This document shows positions 9,360 through 16,305 of a stretch of DNA of 64,000 nt, in pieces. The stretch is taken from positions 7,653-71,652 of the forward strand of contig JAYEOA010000052.1 in NCBI GenBank assembly GCA_034722515.1, given 5' to 3'. How positions within the stretch are numbered: the first letter of the stretch is position 1; each line of letters starts with the position of its first letter. Under the pieces are notes generated by a model. That model searched no databases and was not told the DNA's origin. It saw only the letters and a list, made by a program, of their open reading frames with translations. A program made the position numbers and the translations under genes. The DNA comes from Thermodesulfobacteriota bacterium. GTDB lineage: Bacteria > Desulfobacterota > Desulfuromonadia > Desulfuromonadales > Desulfuromonadaceae.

Positions 9360-11534
9360 ATGGTGAATTCCGTGAACACTCTTGATGAAATACTAGCAGC
9401 GGTAACTGTATACTTGCCGGATGTTAATCTGGATTTGATTCGCCGAGCTTATCTGTATAGTGAGCAGGTTCATCAGGGGCAGACTAATCAAGGCGGTGAA
9501 CCGCTATTTGCTCACCCCGTTGCCGTTACCATGTTGCTTATCCGTTTGAATATGGATGTGACAACTATTGCCGCAGCGCTTGTGCATGATGTGTTGGAAA
9601 AAAAATTGGTGACACCTGATGAGCTAAAGGCTGAGCTGGGAGCGCAGGTGTTGTTGTTGGTCGAGGGATTAACCAGAATCAATACAATTGTCTTTCATAA
9701 GGGGGGTGGTCAGCAGACGGAAAGTTTTCGTAAAATGCTGTTGGCCATTGCGCGTGATTTTCGCATCATCCTGATAAAGTTGGCAGACCGTTTGCACAAT
9801 ATGCAGATTCTGCATAATTTTACCCAGCAAAAACAGCACCGTATTGCCCGTGAAACCATGGATGTTTACGCACCTTTGGCAAACCGTCTTGGGATCAGTT
9901 GGTTGAAGAGCGACCTTGAGGATTTATCGTTTAAGTATTTGCATCCTGATGCCTACACAGATCTTAATCGGCGCGTGACGGGGTTTAAAACCGATGCATG
10001 TGATCAGTATGTTCAGCGGGTTCGTGATCAGATTCATGCAAAGTTGGACAGTCAAGGGATTGACGGCGAGGTGTATGGTCGTTCTAAACATCTGTATTCT
10101 GTGTATCGAAAAATAGAGCGACAAAATATTGATATTGATCAGATGTATGATCTGATTGCGTTTCGTATCATTGTTGGATCAGTGCGTGAATGTTATGCCA
10201 TTTTAGGTATTATCCATGAGGAATGGAAGCCAATTGCTTCGCGGTTTAAGGACTTTATCGCTATGCCGAAGGCGAATATGTACCAATCGCTACATACTTC
10301 GGTGATTGGTCCCTACGGTAAGCGCATGGAGGTGCAGATCCGTACCACGGAGATGCATCGCATTGCTGAAGAGGGGATCGCCGCCCATTGGATGTATAAA
10401 GAGGGTAAGTCGGCAGCGGGAAATGGTGGGGAAGATCACCGTTTTAGCTGGTTGCGCCATATGGTCGAGTGGCAACGGGAGATGAACGCTTCGATCGATG
10501 TGATCAGTGAGCCACATGTTGATCTGTTTCCCGAAGAGGTTTATGTTTTTACCCCGCAAGGTCATGTGCGTGAGTTGCCGCAGGGGGCGAGTCCCATAGA
10601 TTTTGCCTATGCGATTCACGGTGATATTGGCCACCGTTGCGTGGGGGCTAAGGTTAACAATAAACTCGTTTCGTTGAAAACGCAGCTCAATAATGGTGAC
10701 GTGGTTGAGGTGATGACTTCGCCGCACCAAACTCCGAGTAAAGATTGGCTGAATATTGTTAAGTCGTCGAAGGCACGTAACCGGATTCGGCATTGGGTTA
10801 AAACGCAGGAACGCGAGAAGAGTATTGATTTGGCTCATACTATTCTCGATAAAGAGTTGCGTAAGTACGACCGAACATTGAAGAAAATGTTACTTGATCC
10901 GATTATGCTTGAGGCGGCGAAGGATCTTGGTTTTAAGGATGTTTCAGAGCTGCTAGCTGGTGTAGGTTACGGTAAATTGTCGGCACGTCAGATAGTGGGT
11001 AGAATTCTTCCGGCAGATACCTTGCGCCCGCAGCGTAAGTTGCCGAGTCTTGGTCGGGTGTTGGATAAAATCCGTAAAAAGCCATCCCGCAGTGCCATCA
11101 GAATTCAAGGGATCGATGATGTGCTGGTCAGGTTTGCCAAGTGCTGTAATCCATTGCCGGGGGACGATATTGTTGGTTTTATCACCCGGGGACACGGCAT
11201 TACTATTCATGCGACGGATTGTTCCCATCTGCTAGAAACTGATCCTCAGCGTCGTGTCGAGGTGGAATGGGATTTGAATACACCTGCATCACGTCAGGTG
11301 AAGATCAATGTTTATAGTCACGATAAAAAAGGTATTTTAGCTGACATCACTGCGTGTATTGCTAATTGTGAAGCCGAAATTACCAGTGCGCGGGTGCACA
11401 CTACCAAGGGCACCAAAGGTCTCAATGAATTCGAAATTGAGGTGAAGAATGTCGATCATCTAAAGAAGGTGATGAAGGCGGTAAAGGCGTTGCGGGGGGT
11501 TTATCGCGTTGAGCGTTTGCGCGAACGGATGTAG
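9360..11534 (+). CDS. rel: Long RelA/SpoT homologue ((p)ppGpp synthetase; HD domain present but with substitutions), TGS and ACT domains
   Basis: Canonical synthetase motifs GRSKHLYSVYRK, YQSLHTSV, EVQIRT, AAHWMYK. TGS region VFTPQGHVRELPQGASPIDFAYAIH and a C-terminal ACT-like region. Start is uncertain (ATG 9360 preferred over the track start 9324, which lies inside a hairpin). Confidence 0.9.
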   Translation: MVNSVNTLDEILAAVTVYLPDVNLDLIRRAYLYSEQVHQGQTNQGGEPLFAHPVAVTMLLIRLNMDVTTIAAALVHDVLEKKLVTPDELKAELGAQVLLLVEGLTRINTIVFHKGGGQQTESFRKMLLAIARDFRIILIKLADRLHNMQILHNFTQQKQHRIARETMDVYAPLANRLGISWLKSDLEDLSFKYLHPDAYTDLNRRVTGFKTDACDQYVQRVRDQIHAKLDSQGIDGEVYGRSKHLYSVYRKIERQNIDIDQMYDLIAFRIIVGSVRECYAILGIIHEEWKPIASRFKDFIAMPKANMYQSLHTSVIGPYGKRMEVQIRTTEMHRIAEEGIAAHWMYKEGKSAAGNGGEDHRFSWLRHMVEWQREMNASIDVISEPHVDLFPEEVYVFTPQGHVRELPQGASPIDFAYAIHGDIGHRCVGAKVNNKLVSLKTQLNNGDVVEVMTSPHQTPSKDWLNIVKSSKARNRIRHWVKTQEREKSIDLAHTILDKELRKYDRTLKKMLLDPIMLEAAKDLGFKDVSELLAGVGYGKLSARQIVGRILPADTLRPQRKLPSLGRVLDKIRKKPSRSAIRIQGIDDVLVRFAKCCNPLPGDDIVGFITRGHGITIHATDCSHLLETDPQRRVEVEWDLNTPASRQVKINVYSHDKKGILADITACIANCEAEITSARVHTTKGTKGLNEFEIEVKNVDHLKKVMKAVKALRGVYRVERLRERM

Positions 11535-11569
11535 CACTTTTTGCGCGAAAAATTAGTAAAAAATAAAAA

Positions 11570-11603
11570 GGCGAGAATTGGATATCACAATTCTCGCCTT
11601 TTT
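11570..11603. terminator. Terminator hairpin between convergent rel and rpmB
   Basis: Perfect 11-bp stem GGCGAGAATTG (11570-11580) / CAATTCTCGCC (11588-11598), followed by TTTTT and preceded by an A-rich run, so it could act bidirectionally. Confidence 0.8.
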
Positions 11604-11628
11604 GGGTTTTCATGCACCTACACGTAGT

Positions 11629-11817
11629 TTAGCCTTTGGTAACGGCTCCCGAACGAATGCAACGGGTGCAGACCTTCATGGATTTTACCGCACCGTTTTG
11701 AATGGCCCGAACCTTTTGTAGGTTAGGATACCAAACTTTACGGGTTTTGTTGTGTGCATGGCTGACGTTGTTGCCGGTTACTGGTTTTTTGCCGCAAATT
11801 TCGCATGTTCTGGACAT
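11629..11817 (-). CDS. rpmB: 50S ribosomal protein L28
   Basis: [41 protein letters not shown] lies upstream of the ATG at 11817; the longer track ORF (to 11886) is rejected. Confidence 0.92.
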   Translation of the reverse strand: MSRTCEICGKKPVTGNNVSHAHNKTRKVWYPNLQKVRAIQNGAVKSMKVCTRCIRSGAVTKG

Positions 11818-11891
11818 ATGTTTATAGACCTCCTGAATATTTAGAACGCTTACAACTAGCATAATCCTTGCCTTGAAGCAAGACAATATGC

Positions 11892-11944
11892 ACCGATCAG
11901 ACGATTTCGCAGTAGATTCTTGCTAAGTCCGACAGGCTGTTAGG
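11892..11944. repeat. Half copy of the palindromic repeat seen in full at 45200-45367
   Basis: 53 nt align without gaps to 45316-45368 at about 38 identical positions (hand count), including CAGACGRTTTCGCAGTAG and GACAGSCT..TAGG. Confidence 0.6.
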
Positions 11945-12387
11945 TTTTCTTCGCTAAAAACTTGAATGCCGTGGTGTGACAATAGCGCTGTTGTGACTCC
12001 TTTACCGTTAATTTTAAGTGTGCCTTGATAGACGTTGCAAACACCGCATGAAGGACTTCTCTCTTTCAGTAATGCTTGCGTGCATCCGGTTATTAGAGCT
12101 ATTTTTAAGCTTTGTTGGGCTCCCGATATAAAGTGCTGTGTCAGGATTTGTCCTTCAGTGCTACGCAGTTCACCACACCCTTTTAATGCTGCCTCACCAT
12201 CACCGCGACTAAACGAACACGCCGAGCGTGGCGTGGGCAGTCCGCCGAGTTGTTCCGGGCATATGGGAATAGGGCGCAGGTTGTGTTGTAGCAGAAATGT
12301 TAAAACCGCAGCGCACTCTTTAGTTTGTCCGTCGTAGCGAGTATTTAGTCCTAACAGGCAAGCACTGACCAAGATTGATTTTTTCAC
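11923..12387 (-). CDS. DUF523 family protein (TudS-like putative thio-nucleobase desulfurase)
   Basis: ILVSACLLG..TRYDG, CPE..GGLPTPR and ERSPSCG Cys motifs. Probable GTG start at 12387, 2 nt after the purN stop; the track start is TTG 12396. Confidence 0.75.
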   Translation of the reverse strand: MKKSILVSACLLGLNTRYDGQTKECAAVLTFLLQHNLRPIPICPEQLGGLPTPRSACSFSRGDGEAALKGCGELRSTEGQILTQHFISGAQQSLKIALITGCTQALLKERSPSCGVCNVYQGTLKINGKGVTTALLSHHGIQVFSEENLTACRT

Positions 12388-12389
12388 TA

Positions 12390-13052
12390 TCAACAATCCA
12401 GCGGTGGGTTGATCAGTGTCTGTGACAGATCGTTTTGTTGGCTGTCGATGGTAACCCTGCGTCCTTCAATGCGTAGCGCACCTTGGGCAAACCATTGAAT
12501 TGCCTGAGGGTAGAGCTTGTGTTCCTGAACCAGAATTCGCGCTGACAGGGTGTTTTCTGTGTCATTATCCAGCACTGGTACTACGGCTTGAGCAATGATT
12601 GGTCCGGTGTCAACTCCGCCATCGACAAAGTGAACGGTGCAACCGGCAAAGCGGGCACCATAATCGAGGGCTTTTTGTTGGACATGCAGACCGGGAAATG
12701 CCGGCAATAATGCCGGATGGATGTTCATGATTTGTCCGGGAAATGCATCGAGAAAGCGTTGACCGATAATGCGCATGAACCCGGCTAGAACCACGAGTTC
12801 CACCTTCTTTTCTTTTAGGGCGGCAACCACCTGAGCGTCAAATTTATCGCGTTGGTCAAACTCACGATGGTTGATGCATTGGGTGCTGATACCTGTGTTT
12901 GCAGCTCGTTGCAGAGCACCGGCGTCAGGATTGTTGCTGATGACCGTGACAATATGTCCATTGATGCTGCTATTTTCACAGCCGTCAATGATCGATTGCA
13001 GGTTGGTGCCACCACCCGATGCCAACACGCCTATTCGTAGTTTTTCAGCCAC
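12390..13052 (-). CDS. purN: Phosphoribosylglycinamide formyltransferase
   Basis: VLASGGGTNLQ, NIHPALLPAF, and the HFVD..VDTGPII folate site. GTG 13052 has AGGAG 6 nt upstream; the alternative start is GTG 13073. Confidence 0.9.
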   Translation of the reverse strand: MAEKLRIGVLASGGGTNLQSIIDGCENSSINGHIVTVISNNPDAGALQRAANTGISTQCINHREFDQRDKFDAQVVAALKEKKVELVVLAGFMRIIGQRFLDAFPGQIMNIHPALLPAFPGLHVQQKALDYGARFAGCTVHFVDGGVDTGPIIAQAVVPVLDNDTENTLSARILVQEHKLYPQAIQWFAQGALRIEGRRVTIDSQQNDLSQTLINPPLDC

Positions 13053-13075
13053 GCTAATCTCCTGTTCTCGCACTG

Positions 13076-14152
13076 TTACACCAATTTAACGCTGGGGGTT
13101 TCTTCGACATTTTTGTCGATGGTGCCGATCTCCCATGCTGTTTCATTGAGTCCGGATAGGCGGATCATAATCTCTTCGCATTGTTTGCTCGGTACAATGA
13201 GAACCATCCCCAGCCCGTAGTTGAAGGTGCGGTGCATCTCGGTTTCATCAATGTTACCACCTTCGCGCAGGGCGGTAAAGATAGGGGGCTTTTCCCAGCT
13301 ATCGCCAATAATGGTTGCTTGACAGTGGTGCGGGAGCACACGGGGGACATTTTCTAATAGTCCACCGCCGGTGATGTGAGCCATTCCTTTAATCTCAAAG
13401 TCACGAATAAGATTGAGGATGGTTTTTACATATATCCGTGTGGGTGTGAGCAGCTCCATGCCGATCGATTGTTCAAATCCATCAATGGTGTCTGTTGGTT
13501 TGAGTCCCATCATTTCAAAAAATACTTTGCGTGCCAGAGAAAATCCGTTGGAATGTAAACCGTTTGAGGCAATACCGATAATCTTGTCACCAACAGTGAT
13601 GGTTGATCCATCAATAATGTTGTTTTTATCAACGGCTCCGACGGTGAATCCGGCGATATCATATACCCCAGCTGAATAAAATCCCGGCATTTCGGCTGTT
13701 TCTCCGCCAACGAGGGCACAACCTGCTTGTTTGCACCCTGCGGCAATCCCTTTAACAACCTCAGTAGCCTTTTCCGGTGTCAACTTGCCGGTGGCCATGT
13801 AGTCGAGAAAAAATAACGGTTCAGCACCTTGGACAATAACATCGTTCACACACATGGCAACCAAATCGATCCCCACGGTGTCATGTTTGTCCATCAGGAA
13901 TGCCAGTTTTAGCTTGGTGCCGACACCATCGGTAGAGGAAACCAAGATTGGCTGTTTATATTTGTCGGCATGGAAGGAGAATAGTCCTCCAAAACCACCT
14001 ATGTCGGATAATACTTCAGGGCGGGACGTGGATTTTACCAGAGGTTTGATCATGTCGACAAACCGATTCCCAGCATCAATGTCAACGCCCGCATCTTTAT
14101 AAGTTACTTTTTTTTGATCCAATGTAAACTCCTCGCGCAAAAGTGGCGCCAT
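13076..14152 (-). CDS. purM: Phosphoribosylformylglycinamidine cyclo-ligase (AIR synthetase)
   Basis: YKDAGVDIDAGN, GGFGGLF, DGVGTKL, GGETAEMPG. An alternative TTG start at 14122 is preceded by GAGGAG. Confidence 0.93.
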   Translation of the reverse strand: MAPLLREEFTLDQKKVTYKDAGVDIDAGNRFVDMIKPLVKSTSRPEVLSDIGGFGGLFSFHADKYKQPILVSSTDGVGTKLKLAFLMDKHDTVGIDLVAMCVNDVIVQGAEPLFFLDYMATGKLTPEKATEVVKGIAAGCKQAGCALVGGETAEMPGFYSAGVYDIAGFTVGAVDKNNIIDGSTITVGDKIIGIASNGLHSNGFSLARKVFFEMMGLKPTDTIDGFEQSIGMELLTPTRIYVKTILNLIRDFEIKGMAHITGGGLLENVPRVLPHHCQATIIGDSWEKPPIFTALREGGNIDETEMHRTFNYGLGMVLIVPSKQCEEIMIRLSGLNETAWEIGTIDKNVEETPSVKLV

Positions 14153-14486
14153 TAGTAAGTCATGAAATATCAGTTGTCAATGTCAAATTCAATCCCTGTG
14201 CACTGTTTATTGCTTAAGTAATCATCACTTTACAGTGGGGGAATGGTAGCATAAAATGTCCGCGTAAGGATCAAGGTTAAGTCTATACTAAATTTGATCG
14301 ATTGTCAGTCGTCCTGCATGAATAAAAATGGACAATGTGGCATAATATTACACTTTGATTGGTAACTACGTGAGATGACGGTTCATTCCAGGGGCGTTCA
14401 AGTCCATCCATGGGCAGTACAACTCCATTGTTGATTGCGTTCATAAAGTTTACGGAACATGGACAAATGAGAGGTTGATCAAAGCG

Positions 14487-15326
14487 ATGAAAAATCTTAA
14501 GACGATTGTCTTGCATAATAGTCAGATTGCTCCGGGTTATTACCGGATGATGATTTTAGCTCCAGGTTATCCGCAACAGGCGGCAGCCGGGCAATTTGTT
14601 ATGCTGCGGATTCAGCCACAGGCGCAACCGTTGCTAAGGCGGCCTTTCGGTGTCTTTAGAACGGGGACATTGCCAGCCGAATGTAGCGAACTGCCCGAGC
14701 GAGAGTTTGTCGAACTGGTTTACAAAGTGGTTGGAACTGGAACGACCATGATGTCCACTTTGCAAAGTGGCGATCCCGTCGAATTGCTGGGCCCTCTCGG
14801 TGAGGGATTTACCGTCGCAGCTAAAACGACTAACCATCTATTGGTGGGTGGTGGTATTGGTATGGTGCCGTTGTATATGCTGGCACAGCAGTTATGTCAG
14901 CGTGGTGATTCGGTGCGTTTGTTGATGGGGGGACGTACTCGGGAGGATGTATTGTGCATCACCGAGTTTGAGCGTCTCGGTGTTGAAACCTATGTGTCCA
15001 CCGATGATGGTAGCCTCGGTGAAGAGGGCTTGGTGACGGCGGTTTTAGAGCGAAAATTACGCCGTTTTCCTGATGCCAGTGTCTATGCCTGTGGCCCCAT
15101 GCCGATGTTGGATGCGGTGCGCACCATTTGTCACGCTGCGCAGGTGCCGTTACAGGTGTCGCTGGAAGCACTTATGGCCTGCGGTGTTGGTGCCTGTCTG
15201 GGGTGCGTTGTCCCGGGGTGTGAGCATAGCGACGACAAGCCTGATTACCTGTGTACTTGTCGACAGGGGCCCGTCTTTAATGCGGATGCGTTGGCATGGT
15301 CGCAAAGGGACGGAGGGGCATCATGA
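14487..15326 (+). CDS. pyrK: Dihydroorotate dehydrogenase B electron-transfer subunit
   Basis: FAD/NAD-binding fold (RRPFGV, GGGIGMVPL) and a C-terminal 2Fe-2S Cys cluster CGVGACLGCV...C. Start is ambiguous between 14475 and 14487. Confidence 0.88.
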   Translation: MKNLKTIVLHNSQIAPGYYRMMILAPGYPQQAAAGQFVMLRIQPQAQPLLRRPFGVFRTGTLPAECSELPEREFVELVYKVVGTGTTMMSTLQSGDPVELLGPLGEGFTVAAKTTNHLLVGGGIGMVPLYMLAQQLCQRGDSVRLLMGGRTREDVLCITEFERLGVETYVSTDDGSLGEEGLVTAVLERKLRRFPDASVYACGPMPMLDAVRTICHAAQVPLQVSLEALMACGVGACLGCVVPGCEHSDDKPDYLCTCRQGPVFNADALAWSQRDGGAS

Positions 15327-16246
15327 TCGATAATCTACCTTCATTGGCTGTTGATTTGGCTGGGTTGAAATTACGCAATCCGGTGATGCCCGCATCGGGA
15401 ACCTTCGGTTATGCGGCGGAGTTTAGTCCGTATCTGGATCTAAATCAGCTTGGAGCGATTGTCACCAAGGGAATTTCGTTGCATCCCAAGGCGGGGAATC
15501 CCACTCCACGCATTGCCGAAACCTCGGCGGGAATGCTCAATGCCATCGGTCTACAGAATGTTGGTATTGACGCCTTTGTGCGTGATAAGGTCCCTTTCTT
15601 GGAACAACTGGCAACGCCGGTGATCGTCAATTTTTTTGGCAACACCCTTGAAGAGTATATTCAAGTGGCGCAAAGGCTTGCCGATGTTGAGGTGGTTAAC
15701 GCCGTTGAGCTGAATATCTCCTGCCCGAATGTTAAACAGGGAGGGATTGTTTTTGGCACCGAGCCGTGTGCTGCCGCACAAGTGGTGTCAGCGGTGCGAC
15801 GCTGTTTGCAGAAGCCGCTTATTGTCAAATTGACCCCCAACGTGACCGATATTACCGTGGTGGCGCGGGCGGTGGAAGAGGCGGGTGCTGATATCATCTG
15901 TTGTATTAATACCCTGACCGGGATGGCGGTGGATATCCGTTCACGTCGGTTACGTCTGGCCAATGGTACCGGTGGATTGTCTGGTCCGGCGATCAAACCG
16001 GTGGCGTTGCGTATGGTGCATCAAGTGGTGCAGGCGGTGTCTGTGCCAGTCATCGGCGTTGGTGGTATCATGACCGCTGAAGATGTTTTGGAGTTTTTAC
16101 TACTTGGAGCGCAAGCGGTGCAGGTGGGGACGGCGAATCTGGTTAATCCCACAGCGATGGCTGATATTGTTGAGGGTATCGCCAGTTTTTGCCGTGAAGA
16201 GGGTATCGCCGATATTAATGATTGGATCGGTAGTCTGAACGTTTAA
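15323..16246 (+). CDS. pyrD: Dihydroorotate dehydrogenase B catalytic subunit
   Basis: NPVMPASGTFGY, LNISCPNV, GGLSGPAIKP, IGVGGI. GGAGG lies upstream of ATG 15323, which overlaps the pyrK stop. Confidence 0.92.
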   Translation: MIDNLPSLAVDLAGLKLRNPVMPASGTFGYAAEFSPYLDLNQLGAIVTKGISLHPKAGNPTPRIAETSAGMLNAIGLQNVGIDAFVRDKVPFLEQLATPVIVNFFGNTLEEYIQVAQRLADVEVVNAVELNISCPNVKQGGIVFGTEPCAAAQVVSAVRRCLQKPLIVKLTPNVTDITVVARAVEEAGADIICCINTLTGMAVDIRSRRLRLANGTGGLSGPAIKPVALRMVHQVVQAVSVPVIGVGGIMTAEDVLEFLLLGAQAVQVGTANLVNPTAMADIVEGIASFCREEGIADINDWIGSLNV

Positions 16247-16305
16247 AGGCTTATTTGGTAAATGGAGTTGTACAGCTCCATAACAATAGTTTTCTTTGGT
16301 GATTG

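Noticed and set aside
14380-14420. PyrR-binding-loop-like sequence (ACGGTTCATTCCAGGGGCGTTC) upstream of pyrK in the 320-bp purM/pyrK divergent spacer.
   Set aside because: It is only a loose resemblance to the UCCAGAGAGG core. I could not build a convincing anti-terminator/terminator alternative by eye, and no pyrR is in the window. A covariance-model scan would be needed.
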